A stretch of 28,653 nt of DNA from IMG/VR virus record IMGVR_UViG_3300043423_000097, positions 1 through 28,653 of that record; one strand, written 5' to 3'. This DNA is from a virus. Lineage: Duplodnaviria > Caudoviricetes. Shown one piece after another: positions 8,608 to 17,725 of the stretch. Under the pieces are notes generated by a model. It had not been told where the DNA came from and did not search any database. It saw only the letters and a list, made by a program, of their open reading frames with translations. Both the position numbers and the translations under genes were made by a program. The stretch's first letter is position 1, and each line of letters starts with the position of its first letter.

Positions 8608-9543
8608 TTAGTGTCCTTCTATGACGACTGTGTAAACCGGGTCAAACGCGCGTTCTGTCTTGTGACCTTCGGATCGCGAGGGGTTTACTATCATCTGCAT
8701 CCCGGCAACGGTATTTTGCTGGCAGGCGTTTTGGTAGAAACAGGTTTGGCCGAAAGAAACGCAGGAAGTTGGGTGCCGCGGAAATTGGTCGGCCAAGTAG
8801 TACCGCTCGATTTGGTGGCATTTGTCCAGCAGATAGTAGTGGTAAGCGTCGATGTCGGCTTGCGTTCTTGTAAAAATTGGCATTAACACTTTAGGTTCGC
8901 GGTCGGACATAGCAACGGCCATGATAGCTACGTCAAAATCACCAGTATTCCCCAGCAGCGCGTTAAGTGGAATGCCGTAAGACGTGACTTGCCAATCATA
9001 CATATACTTGCTTTCCAACGTGCCGAACGCGCGTTCCAGCATCGTCTTGATATCCACTGGCATGAGGTGCCCCGTAACGGGGTTGCGGAGGATAAGGTCG
9101 ATAAAACCGCGCACGTGGAAAATAAGATGCGCGGTTTCGATAATTACAAGAAACGCAACTTCTGTGGCGGGGATGGTTTGACCGTCTTTTGTGAAGGACA
9201 CTAGGTCGTAGCTGCCCACGTCTGTTTCGTTGATCAGGTGCTCCAGTGTCCAAATGCAGGCTTCGAGGCTGTAGGTTGAAGCTTTGGCCTTGTCTTGCAG
9301 CGTGATGGGGTGCCAAGTGCCCAAAGCTTCAAGCGCTGCGGAAAGTGAACGAGAGCGCAAATATTCTTGGATTGCCTCGTGCATCGCGGTGCCTACGGCT
9401 GTGGCGTCACTTTCCTCACGGTCGTTAGAGAAATTGGTGATGATCTTCCGGAAGGCGAATTTTTTGGGGCAAGAGGCGAATGTGTTGAGGCCCGAGTGCG
9501 ACAACTCCACAATCGGCTTGCCTGTTTTTTCATCAATTTTCAT
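8608..9543 (-). CDS. PD-(D/E)XK exonuclease, Cas4/AddB-like with 4-Cys Fe-S motif (311 aa)
   Basis: LSHSGLNTFASCPKKF; GTAMH; TEVAF...RGFIDL...DIKT; QVTSY; C-terminal CVSFGQTCFYQNAC. Confidence 0.9.
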   Translation of the reverse strand: MKIDEKTGKPIVELSHSGLNTFASCPKKFAFRKIITNFSNDREESDATAVGTAMHEAIQEYLRSRSLSAALEALGTWHPITLQDKAKASTYSLEACIWTLEHLINETDVGSYDLVSFTKDGQTIPATEVAFLVIIETAHLIFHVRGFIDLILRNPVTGHLMPVDIKTMLERAFGTLESKYMYDWQVTSYGIPLNALLGNTGDFDVAIMAVAMSDREPKVLMPIFTRTQADIDAYHYYLLDKCHQIERYYLADQFPRHPTSCVSFGQTCFYQNACQQNTVAGMQMIVNPSRSEGHKTERAFDPVYTVVIEGH

Positions 9544-9758
9544 GAAAGACCCCCTTCTGCTACGAATGCGACTTGGTTGGGTGTGGTGGGGGAACAAGTG
9601 TAGACCACGTCTAACTCTGGCCTTTGGCTACGCAGGCCCATGTGCAAAAGGCCGCCCTCGTCCGCGCACTGCTCTTCTGTCGAGTAAGTTTGGGCCACGG
9701 TGAGGGGCTGGCCTTGCGCGTCGGTTATAAAAACTAGCAAAATCCAATGCATGATCAA
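9540..9758 (-). CDS. small hypothetical protein with hydrophobic N-terminus and two Cys
   Basis: ATGA overlaps on both sides. Confidence 0.65.
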   Translation of the reverse strand: MIMHWILLVFITDAQGQPLTVAQTYSTEEQCADEGGLLHMGLRSQRPELDVVYTCSPTTPNQVAFVAEGGLS

Positions 9759-10609
9759 AACCCCAAATCAAAGCTGCCAAGATCGCCCAAGTCATCGTCG
9801 TCAAAACCAGCGGTAAGCGCCGCGGCCTCTGTAAACGAAGAAGAGAGGGCATCGGCATCGGCTTTTTTCTTGCCTTTTACGGCGGAATTACGCTTGGCTG
9901 CAATGGCGCGCATGCCCTTGATAACGGCGGCTTTATCAACGCGGTCAAGGGTGGCCCAAGCGGACGGGGCGTCTTTTACGCGGATAAAGGTGAGGTTTAC
10001 CAGCGCGGCAATTTCGGTAATAGACTTGTCGCTGGCGGCGGTAATCGCGAGGCCCGCCAATTCGTTGTCAAATAGCTCGGCGATCCTGTGCCCAGCGCGC
10101 TTGAAAATCTCGGCCTGCTCATCGGGTTCTGGGTCGCCCGCCAATTCTAGGGCATTCCAGTCCTCGATAAACTCTGCCGCAGAGTAACATGGTGCGTAGT
10201 CTGCTGGCGCTGTAAGGGCAGGCCGGGCGGCTATTGTGACGTTTTGAGCCTGCCCGCCAGTATTTGCTACAAGTCTGGCGAGGCCGGCCCCAAGTTGCAG
10301 ACCAGCGGGTTTGGGCGGCGTGTCGGGCACAATGGGCGGAGGCGGCGTGTCAGAGGAGACGGGCGGCAAAGTAACCGCAGGTGTCGGAGTAGCTGGCCGC
10401 AGAGGCTGGACGCCGGGCAGACGCAGGCCAGTAAGCGCCCGGATTGGTTGGCTAGGCGTGCTGGCAACAGTGGGCAGAGGGGCCGGAGGCAGAACGGTTT
10501 CCGGGCCGCTTTGAGGTTTTGGCTCTGCTAGCGGCACAGAACCCGCTTGTTCGAGCGCGGCGGCTTGTTCAGCGGCTTTGGCCCGAAGTTTGGCAAGAAA
10601 ATCTGACAT
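9755..10609 (-). CDS. hypothetical protein with Pro/Ala-rich N-half and acidic C-terminus (284 aa, MSDFLAK)
   Basis: AAAGGA RBS before ATG 10609. Confidence 0.8.
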   Translation of the reverse strand: MSDFLAKLRAKAAEQAAALEQAGSVPLAEPKPQSGPETVLPPAPLPTVASTPSQPIRALTGLRLPGVQPLRPATPTPAVTLPPVSSDTPPPPIVPDTPPKPAGLQLGAGLARLVANTGGQAQNVTIAARPALTAPADYAPCYSAAEFIEDWNALELAGDPEPDEQAEIFKRAGHRIAELFDNELAGLAITAASDKSITEIAALVNLTFIRVKDAPSAWATLDRVDKAAVIKGMRAIAAKRNSAVKGKKKADADALSSSFTEAAALTAGFDDDDLGDLGSFDLGF

Positions 10610-10622
10610 AGTGTGATCCTTT

Positions 10623-11174
10623 CTAAAGCGCATCCAGCATGTTGGCGCGGCGCGCGGCAAAGTTTTTATTGAAGCGGTCTGCGGCACGGCGGCTCTCGAA
10701 CTGGGCGTAAACCGCCTCGGTCATGCGGGCCATGGTGATAGTGCCTTCATTTGGTCCGGTTAGTTCGGCCTTGAGCAAAGTCATAACGAACATAGGGGTG
10801 CCCGGGGCCGCTTGCCGAAGTCTATGCGAGGCGCTCCGAATTGAGCGGCAAAAGGCGGCAATGTGAGTTTTGGACAGAACCGAGCGGTGCCGCCATATAA
10901 TTTTGGCAGAAAACATACCGCAACCTGTCTCACGGTAGTCTTGTTTAACTGCCATAAGCATGGCTTCTAGAAAAGCGGTGCCATCGCCCGGACCACCTAT
11001 GAAATACTCACCCGGGGCCAGCTCTGGTAGGACAATCTTCGGCAGAGGCTGCAACAGGGCGGTGGGACCTGCGGCTTCGTCAATCACGGGGCCTTCTTCG
11101 ATGAAATCCATGTCAACTAGGTCTAGATCAGCAAAATCTAGCAAGTCATCCTCATAATCGTCATTATTTTGCAT
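10623..11174 (-). CDS. hypothetical protein with acidic N-terminus (183 aa, MQNNDD)
   Basis: AAGGA upstream of ATG 11174; the longer ORF-track start overlaps a better-supported gene. Confidence 0.7.
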   Translation of the reverse strand: MQNNDDYEDDLLDFADLDLVDMDFIEEGPVIDEAAGPTALLQPLPKIVLPELAPGEYFIGGPGDGTAFLEAMLMAVKQDYRETGCGMFSAKIIWRHRSVLSKTHIAAFCRSIRSASHRLRQAAPGTPMFVMTLLKAELTGPNEGTITMARMTEAVYAQFESRRAADRFNKNFAARRANMLDAL

Positions 11175-11394
11175 TACGCATTTTCCTTTTTTCCTGGACA
11201 GCGGTAAGCCGTTCATCAAGATCGCGCACATTTTCGCGGATACACCGTAAATCTGCGCCAAACTTATTCTTGTCAGTTTTTGATAATAAAGCATACTCCC
11301 GTTCTAGGGCTTGTTCAATGTGGCGCAGGGGCCCAAACAGGGATAACTGTGCCAAGTGTGGGCTTTTGCGCACTTTGTCGCGAATTTCGGCCAT
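11164..11394 (-). CDS. small coiled-coil protein with QLSLF motif (76 aa)
   Basis: AAAAGGAAG RBS; tight packing with neighbours. Confidence 0.7.
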   Translation of the reverse strand: MAEIRDKVRKSPHLAQLSLFGPLRHIEQALEREYALLSKTDKNKFGADLRCIRENVRDLDERLTAVQEKRKMRNAK

Positions 11395-11397
11395 GTG

Positions 11398-11688
11398 TTA
11401 CTTCCTTTTGCTAGGGCGCGGGGCAGAAGCGTAGGTCAAATACTCGGCCAACCTAGAGATAACGTATAGATTTGCCGTGTTTTCGAGCAAGTTTAACAGC
11501 GCGCTGAATAAAGCTTCGGGTTCGTCTTCTCGCACGTAAACAGGCGTTGGGTTGGCATGTTGCAAAACCCAAGCACACTTATGGCAGATTAACCCGCAGC
11601 CCCAGTACATGACGGTACAAGAGTCAGTCGCACAAACTGGGCAGACCGTAACAGTCGTTGAGGCTTGAAGCTGGCGCCAGTACTCCAT
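11398..11688 (-). CDS. putative zinc-ribbon protein (96 aa, MEYWRQ)
   Basis: CPVC...CHKC pairs; start adjacent to the upstream stop. Confidence 0.6.
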   Translation of the reverse strand: MEYWRQLQASTTVTVCPVCATDSCTVMYWGCGLICHKCAWVLQHANPTPVYVREDEPEALFSALLNLLENTANLYVISRLAEYLTYASAPRPSKRK

Positions 11689-11689
11689 G

Positions 11690-11947
11690 TTACCGGTTCC
11701 ACCATTCCGGGGCAGGGGCTTCAGAAACTGGGCCAACAGCCGCCGCAGCTTCCCATAAATCCCGAATACGCAGGTTTACTTGGTACAGTTGCAAAAGCGG
11801 GATATCGGTTTGATCAATAGTGAACGTGTAACCACCTTGCGCGCTGTCACGTGTAATAAGGCAAATTCGGCCATCTGGCAGGCAAAGCTTGCGCAAGTCA
11901 CCGACCGTTGGCAATTTGTCATAAGTTGGAATTGGATCAACGGCCAT
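11690..11947 (-). CDS. hypothetical protein (85 aa)
   Basis: AAGGT upstream; operon packing. Confidence 0.65.
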   Translation of the reverse strand: MAVDPIPTYDKLPTVGDLRKLCLPDGRICLITRDSAQGGYTFTIDQTDIPLLQLYQVNLRIRDLWEAAAAVGPVSEAPAPEWWNR

Positions 11948-12272
11948 GGTTTTTTACCTTTTTGACTTCTATGGTGGAAATGCCCGCGTGGATAACGTAG
12001 TGCAGATGCGCCGCGGAGATTTTATAGTGATCCGCGGCGGCTTTTATTGAGATAAAGTGGTGGGTGCCGTTGATCAGCACGGGTATACCAACACTTTGCG
12101 AGCGCGTGGGGCTGGGCGCTCGGCCCTTATATTTGCCCGCTACGACGAACCGGGCCATGCGCTCCATCATTCCGTTCTTTTTCCAGTTAGAAAACGTGGA
12201 CTTAGAAACGCCCAAGGCTTTGGCGGCAGCGGCGCAACTGCGGTATTCAACGCCTAATACTGTGCAAATCAT
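11937..12272 (-). CDS. DNA-binding protein with two NUMOD1/IENR1-like HTH repeats
   Basis: GVEYRSCAAAAKALGVSKSTFSNW and NGTHHFISIKAAADHYKISAAHLHY; ATGA overlap with the helicase stop. Confidence 0.7.
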   Translation of the reverse strand: MICTVLGVEYRSCAAAAKALGVSKSTFSNWKKNGMMERMARFVVAGKYKGRAPSPTRSQSVGIPVLINGTHHFISIKAAADHYKISAAHLHYVIHAGISTIEVKKVKNHGR

Positions 12273-14029
12273 GCTAGCACCTTTGCTTCTGGAATGGTGG
12301 GCACGGCCCAGCCTTTGTTTTTCTTGTAATGTTCGATAAGCCGATCAACTTTTTCCTGCGTATTCGAGCCTTTGAGCATCGCGTTAGTAACGGCGCGCGT
12401 CAAACCGTCGGTATCGTGGAGCAAGAACACTTTTTTCTGCCCGCGCGAGCATCCTGTATAGATGGTTTCGCGGTTAAGTCCGAAAGGCATGGAGGTGTGG
12501 CAAATTACCAGCACGTTCTGGGCTTGTGAACCTTGAAACTTGTGCGTAGTGGCGGCGTAGGCATGCTGCAGGGTGCCAACTTCGGCAGAACGGGAAAGGT
12601 GGTACAGATCACCTGTGGCCAATTCTTTCACAGTTACAATATGGCTGGCGGCGCGGCGCTTTACGTCATCGTCCGCATCATCAAGATCAAGCGCAGCTTC
12701 GGCAACGGCAGAAGTTTGATCGTCAAGCGCTTGGGTCATCGAAAACAAGTCCATATCGACCAGCCCGTCGTCGCTGAAATCGAACGAAACGCCCTTAAAC
12801 TCGGGGTTTGGCGTAATGGCCGTGATAATACCGATACTGCCGTTGTTAAAGCGGATTTCCGTAGCCGTGCGCCCCCCGTTATCCGTGGCCATAACTTTAT
12901 CGCCCAAGGACAGGTGAATAGGGCCAACTGCGGTTTGAATAAGAATAATGGGGTTGATGGCCTTGCCGTTGCCGTCTTTGCGCACTGGATTAAAGAAAAA
13001 CCGGAATTGAGTATTCCAGTGGTCTTGGCCAAGCGGGCCATTATTAAGCGGGGTCAGGATAATGTCGCGCATCGGGTTCCAAATACCACGAGCAAAAAGC
13101 GCGCCAATGTAGTTTTTAATATAGCCCTGTGCAGCCTGCGCGCCTTTGGGCAGAGTTTCCATAGGCCCACAGCGGAAATCGTTGTCATGGTGGACGGGAA
13201 ACAGGCCTTTCCGAATGCGGGTCAAGTTGGGCACAATTTCGCTGTCACCCTCTTGGCGATAGATTTTGGTCAATTCTACTGTGGGCCATGCCTTCATGGC
13301 AAAAGGCATGGGTGAAACGCCCTGAATTGCGGGAAGCTGGGCCAAGTCGCCGAGTAGATAAATACGGGTGGAGGGGCCGATGGCTTCCATGATGGCTTGC
13401 CAAAGGGTGCGCGAGACAATGCCGGCTTCGTCGATGAAAATTGCGTCAAGTGGAACACGGTTCTGGGCGTTGTAGGCGGGTTCGAATAGCGTAACTTCGT
13501 TGCCATTGGCATTGAGGTGGCCTTGGCGAACGGGGCGGTAGCAAAGCATTGAGTGGATGCTCATGCAATGTGCGGCCCATTCTTCGGGTAGTTTTGAGGC
13601 TAAGTTACGCGCGGCCACGTTGGTGAAGCAGCAAAGCGCGATTGCGGGGCGTTTGTTTTGGTCCGGGCGTTCGCCTGCCGTACGAAATGCGCCCCAGTCG
13701 ATAGTACGGGAAAACTGGGAAAACTTTTCAAGGGCTTGTTTCATAATCGTGGTTTTGCCTGTGCCCGCGTATCCGGCAAGACAGGCGAATTGATTTTGCA
13801 CAAGCATGTCGATTGCGCCAAGCTGGTTTTCGTCGAGTGTAACGCCTTTGCGCTCGGAACGAACGATGTCGAGGAGTGCGGTATCGCCTAGTGCGTAACT
13901 TTGTGCTTCACGTTCCTCAATTTCGCTTGCGCCTTGGCGTATGGATGCTTGCTTGAAGATAACGCCGCGCCCGCCGTTTACGGTTGATACTGCGCCACCG
14001 CCAAATTGCAATGGTTTTATAGTGGACAT
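12269..14029 (-). CDS. RecD/Dda-like SF1B DNA helicase (586 aa)
   Basis: GYAGTGKTT, FIDEAG, LGDLAQLPAI, LTKIYRQ, AYAATTHKFQGSQ, YTGCSR; AAAGGA RBS before ATG 14029. Confidence 0.92.
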   Translation of the reverse strand: MSTIKPLQFGGGAVSTVNGGRGVIFKQASIRQGASEIEEREAQSYALGDTALLDIVRSERKGVTLDENQLGAIDMLVQNQFACLAGYAGTGKTTIMKQALEKFSQFSRTIDWGAFRTAGERPDQNKRPAIALCCFTNVAARNLASKLPEEWAAHCMSIHSMLCYRPVRQGHLNANGNEVTLFEPAYNAQNRVPLDAIFIDEAGIVSRTLWQAIMEAIGPSTRIYLLGDLAQLPAIQGVSPMPFAMKAWPTVELTKIYRQEGDSEIVPNLTRIRKGLFPVHHDNDFRCGPMETLPKGAQAAQGYIKNYIGALFARGIWNPMRDIILTPLNNGPLGQDHWNTQFRFFFNPVRKDGNGKAINPIILIQTAVGPIHLSLGDKVMATDNGGRTATEIRFNNGSIGIITAITPNPEFKGVSFDFSDDGLVDMDLFSMTQALDDQTSAVAEAALDLDDADDDVKRRAASHIVTVKELATGDLYHLSRSAEVGTLQHAYAATTHKFQGSQAQNVLVICHTSMPFGLNRETIYTGCSRGQKKVFLLHDTDGLTRAVTNAMLKGSNTQEKVDRLIEHYKKNKGWAVPTIPEAKVLA

Positions 14030-14075
14030 GCTGCATTCCTTTGCTGGATGGGTGGTTAGTCGCTTTATGTGACAG

Positions 14076-14104
14076 ATAGTATGTCGGGTGGTTGGTCGTG
14101 TCAA
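14076..14104 (-). promoter_or_regulatory. strong sigma70-like promoter upstream of the helicase
   Basis: TTGACA-cgaccaaccacccgaca (17 nt)-TACTAT in an intergenic gap. Confidence 0.8.
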
Positions 14105-14107
14105 GTG

Positions 14108-14518
14108 TCACGTGTTTTGGTTGGTATTGATGATTTCGGCATCCTGCTGCCATAGTTTTACGATTTCTGGGGCAACTGTGGGCAGGATTTGATCAACTAA
14201 ATCTGCTGCGGAAATGTCGATGGTGTAACTTTCGCGCAGGATTTTGAATAGGCCGGAAAATTGAGGCAAAAGGCGGTTGCGCGCCGCGATCCAGCTTGCT
14301 TGGGCATTCCCGGGCCGTAACTGTGCGATGATGTAGCACTGCCTCACGTATTTGGCGGTGAAGGTATCGAACATTTTGGGCACATATCGTTCGTTTGACC
14401 ACTGTTTGCGGGGGCGCGCCCATGTATACTGGGTTTCTGGAGCGGGTTGACCAGTTTCTTCGGCAAAAAGGGCGCGTATGGAAAACAGCTGGGCCGCGCG
14501 GGTATCACTTTTTGGCAT
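14108..14518 (-). CDS. hypothetical protein (136 aa)
   Basis: ORF fills the gap on the operon strand; weak RBS. Confidence 0.6.
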   Translation of the reverse strand: MPKSDTRAAQLFSIRALFAEETGQPAPETQYTWARPRKQWSNERYVPKMFDTFTAKYVRQCYIIAQLRPGNAQASWIAARNRLLPQFSGLFKILRESYTIDISAADLVDQILPTVAPEIVKLWQQDAEIINTNQNT

Positions 14519-14604
14519 TGGCGTAACTTTCTAGGCAAGGTGGTTGCGGTAACTTGCGAGATTTCATGCAATGGCCGTAACTTTTTATAAAATAGCTGAT
14601 TTTT

Positions 14605-14650
14605 CAAACAAAAAGGCCCGCCCCTCGATCGGAATGACCAAGGGGCGGGC
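14605..14650 (-). terminator. intrinsic terminator
   Basis: GCCCGCCCCT...AGGGGCGGGC 10-bp stem, then CTTTTTGTTTG on the minus strand. Confidence 0.85.
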
Positions 14651-14685
14651 AAGTAAACTAGGGGGAATTAGCACCTAGTATAGGG

Positions 14686-16332
14686 TTAGCGGCGCAAAGC
14701 AGGGCGGGCGTTGGCAATGGCCTCAGCTAGGGCGCGTGATAACAAATCATCAGCAGACAGGTCTAACGCGTCAAATGCGCTTTCATCGGGGTTTTCGTCA
14801 TCGTCTTCGTCTTCGTCATCTTGCGCCATGTAGTCGAAATTAAAATCTAGCACCTCGTCTAGGGTGACTAGGCCCGCGCGCACTAGGTCCGCCTCTGTGT
14901 CAAACTCAGCGGCAAAATCATCGGGCAGGATACCAGACAGGGCTAACTCGGACAAATCAGGCGCACCGCCAAAAATTGGCACGTCGTCCCCCAGCAAATC
15001 CTGCGCGCGGGTTTTGGCCGCATCACGTTGGGCAGTAAGTGCGGATAATTCGCGCGCGGTTTGCACTTGTATTTGAATGGGATTGCCTAGTGACCGCGCG
15101 ACAGTTTGCAAGTCCATTAGATTCGACAGGTCTAAGTCTAGCGCGGAACTATCAATGCCAAATTGACGCCGCACCGCTTCTAGGTCGCTGTTGGACATAA
15201 CACGGCGTTGTCGTTTACCATCGACGATAACCATGCGGAAAGAACGGATGTTTTCGACGCTGGCCAAATCTGCCCGCAAAATCGCGCGCGCCTGTTTTTG
15301 GGCAGCGTATAGGCCAGAACCATGATAATGCACCTTGAGGCTGGCTAGGTCTTGGCGGGTTAATTGGGCTAGCGGTTTTACGCGGTGGCGGGCAATGAGC
15401 GTGAAGATAATTTGCACCAAACGCCCGCAAAAATGGCCCAGCGTTGCAGGGGTGTCACCTATTGCCGCTATCCCGCGCGTATCATAGATTGCTAGAGGGT
15501 TTACATCACCGACTAGGCGCGCGGGCAGAACATGCGACAGATACAGGCTAACCACCTCACACCCATATTGCACCACGCCCCAAGGCAACGCGGCAATACG
15601 CGCGCGCAGTGAACCTAGCGCAACAGCACGGGCGGCGCGGGCCACCATATCAGCGCGCACGGGCAGTGGCAGACACTCAGCAACACCCTGAACTAAATAG
15701 CCCACGGGGTCAGCCTCTCTAAGCATAGCCAAACTGTTGACAGATTGCACGGCGGCAACAGGTGAAACCGTATAGGCTAGTTGCGCAGTTATTCCGCCTA
15801 TAATGCGAGAAATTGCCAGATCGGCGCTAGGGGTATGACCGAGCCTCGAAATCACCGCCAAATCTGTTAGCCAATAATCAGGCAGCACTTCACCAACCCG
15901 CCGCCCCGTTTTGCCGCAAATTTGCCAAACACGCCCGTCCACGCCGACTAGGCCACATTCGGCCAGAGCCTCAGTAATATCAGCCCAAACGGCGCGCGCC
16001 TGCTCATCCGATACTGTAGGGGCCAAACGTTGCGCCGCCCTTGTCGCGGCATCTACTAGCCCGTCAACAACGGCACCAGCAACGGCACCAGCGTGAACAG
16101 CGCGCGCATCGCGTTTACTAACACCTAGCAACGCCAAGCGCCCCGCCGCCATGTTATCCAAGGCCATTGCGCTTATATCGGCGACAGCGGAAAAATCGGC
16201 CATCGGCAAACTAGACCGACCAGCGCCCAGAACCAACGGACGAACCAACGGACCCGCGACAATAGGCGGTGAAACAAGGGGCACAGAGGCTTGACCACCA
16301 CCCCGCCCAAAACTTAAAGGCTTAATTCCCAT
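14686..16332 (-). CDS. large hypothetical early protein with acidic C-terminal region (about 548 aa)
   Basis: Long ORF with its own promoter and terminator; AAAGGT before ATG 16332 (GTG at 16341 is an alternative start). Confidence 0.8.
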   Translation of the reverse strand: MGIKPLSFGRGGGQASVPLVSPPIVAGPLVRPLVLGAGRSSLPMADFSAVADISAMALDNMAAGRLALLGVSKRDARAVHAGAVAGAVVDGLVDAATRAAQRLAPTVSDEQARAVWADITEALAECGLVGVDGRVWQICGKTGRRVGEVLPDYWLTDLAVISRLGHTPSADLAISRIIGGITAQLAYTVSPVAAVQSVNSLAMLREADPVGYLVQGVAECLPLPVRADMVARAARAVALGSLRARIAALPWGVVQYGCEVVSLYLSHVLPARLVGDVNPLAIYDTRGIAAIGDTPATLGHFCGRLVQIIFTLIARHRVKPLAQLTRQDLASLKVHYHGSGLYAAQKQARAILRADLASVENIRSFRMVIVDGKRQRRVMSNSDLEAVRRQFGIDSSALDLDLSNLMDLQTVARSLGNPIQIQVQTARELSALTAQRDAAKTRAQDLLGDDVPIFGGAPDLSELALSGILPDDFAAEFDTEADLVRAGLVTLDEVLDFNFDYMAQDDEDEDDDENPDESAFDALDLSADDLLSRALAEAIANARPALRR

Positions 16333-16368
16333 AGCAAGCACCTTTGCGGCTGTTGTTTAACTGCGCGT

Positions 16369-16397
16369 AGCGTCCGCCTTGTCGCGCCCAATGTCAA
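16369..16397 (-). promoter_or_regulatory. leftward sigma70-like promoter
   Basis: TTGACA-17 nt-GACGCT in the divergent gap. Confidence 0.5.
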
Positions 16398-16476
16398 GCC
16401 CCCTGTTTTGTGAGGAATTGTAACGATTTGAAACAATTCGTGAAGTGCGCGGCGCATGTTCTGCATTTGTTCAGGA

Positions 16477-16506
16477 TTGACAGAGCGGGGGGAAGTCGTG
16501 CAATAT
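16477..16506 (+). promoter_or_regulatory. rightward sigma70-like promoter
   Basis: TTGACA-18 nt-CAATAT followed by ATATAG. Confidence 0.6.
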
Positions 16507-16559
16507 ATATAGACCGAAACAGGGCGCACCGCCGCCCCCATGTCCGAAAGACCCGCACC

Positions 16560-16829
16560 ATGACCGCAACCAGCTACACCTACTTTGCCACACTTGCCGA
16601 ACTGCAAACCGCACTAATCGCACGCCTTGATACGTGCGCGCCTGTTTATCCAGACGTATTTTCGCACAGCGGTGGCGCAACATTCGCAGTCGCGTTTGAA
16701 GTTTGGCACGGCGATCATTGGGAGATTTTGCGGCTGAATGCTATGAGCGAGGAAGGCGTTCACTTTCGCGCATCCCATGCGATGAACCACGCGCGGGATA
16801 TGTTTATCGCGGCAGGAGCAGCGACATGA
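16560..16829 (+). CDS. hypothetical early protein (89 aa, MTATSY)
   Basis: First ATG of this frame downstream of the promoter; ATGA coupling to the next gene. Confidence 0.6.
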   Translation: MTATSYTYFATLAELQTALIARLDTCAPVYPDVFSHSGGATFAVAFEVWHGDHWEILRLNAMSEEGVHFRASHAMNHARDMFIAAGAAT

Positions 16830-17014
16830 CCGCTCTCATAGATGTATTAAAGGATGTTTGGGCATGGCTTACCACAACAGCGCCAAAGAACCCCAAAACC
16901 CCCGCCAAACTCGCTAGCACTGGCCTAATCCGCAAGGTCTTGCTAGCCCTCAGCATCCCACCCATTGTGTTTTTGTTGGTTATCCCCGCGCTTTGCAAAT
17001 TGATCACACGTTAA
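16826..17014 (+). CDS. small membrane protein (62 aa, MTALID)
   Basis: AGGAG RBS; C-terminal hydrophobic helix. Confidence 0.65.
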   Translation: MTALIDVLKDVWAWLTTTAPKNPKTPAKLASTGLIRKVLLALSIPPIVFLLVIPALCKLITR

Positions 17015-17039
17015 CCCCAACCAAAAAGGACTAAATACC

Positions 17040-17315
17040 ATGAAAATCACCATTCTAGGCGTCACCGCCACCGTGGACACCAGCGCCGCCCGCGACCGCC
17101 TTTCCACAGCCAGTATTGAGCGCGAAGTGAATCGTATGATCAAAGCCGAGGAACGCGCGGAACAGGTGAAAGCCCGCCGCGAGGAAATCGCCCGCGAAAT
17201 GGACTTGCGCCGCGCAATGGTGCAGGACGCACTGGCCGCCCGCCGCGCCGCATTGAACGCAGCCAAAACAGACATAGAAATTAATGCAGTATTGAAAGCA
17301 GGGGATGCAGCATGA
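17040..17315 (+). CDS. hypothetical coiled-coil protein (91 aa)
   Basis: AAAGGA RBS. Confidence 0.75.
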   Translation: MKITILGVTATVDTSAARDRLSTASIEREVNRMIKAEERAEQVKARREEIAREMDLRRAMVQDALAARRAALNAAKTDIEINAVLKAGDAA

Positions 17316-17725
17316 ACGTGGCACAGATGACCGCAGTAGAGCGCGCCAAGACATCAGAAACCCTTGTGCGGATTATGAATAATCTAACGGATTGGGACAT
17401 GCACGCCCGCAATCCCGCGAAATATCCCGAGCCGAAAACCAAAATTGCCGCTATCGCGAAACGCCTGCAAAATCTGGCACCCGCTACCCCCGCAGATTGG
17501 TCTGATTTGCGGGAATTAGCCGCCCGCCTAGTACTAGCCGCCGCAGCAGAGGAATACGAGGCAAACGGGCCAGAAGTGCCACTTGCCCAGCGTATTGGGG
17601 AAAATTGGGAAAGTTTGGCCGACGAATTTCAAGCCGAAGCCGAAGAACACTATGAAAGCGCGCGCGCCGCGGGTTACGACCCATACGCCAAGACCTTGAC
17701 GCCCGCGAAACCCGAGCAGACCTAG
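17312..17725 (+). CDS. hypothetical protein (137 aa)
   Basis: GGGGA RBS; ATGA overlap. Confidence 0.75.
   Translation: MNVAQMTAVERAKTSETLVRIMNNLTDWDMHARNPAKYPEPKTKIAAIAKRLQNLAPATPADWSDLRELAARLVLAAAAEEYEANGPEVPLAQRIGENWESLADEFQAEAEEHYESARAAGYDPYAKTLTPAKPEQT

Noticed and set aside
8608-9543. Cas4-like nuclease as a sign of CRISPR-Cas
   Set aside because: No repeat-spacer array or other cas genes; the context is a phage recombination module.
11175-11294. N-terminal extension of the 223-aa ORF
   Set aside because: It overlaps the RBS-supported 76-aa gene; the start at 11174 is better supported.
13-16096. Many plus-strand ORFs in the left arm (e.g. 3493-4122, 12533-13315, 9747-10187)
   Set aside because: They are antisense shadows of well-supported minus-strand genes, with no recognisable motifs.
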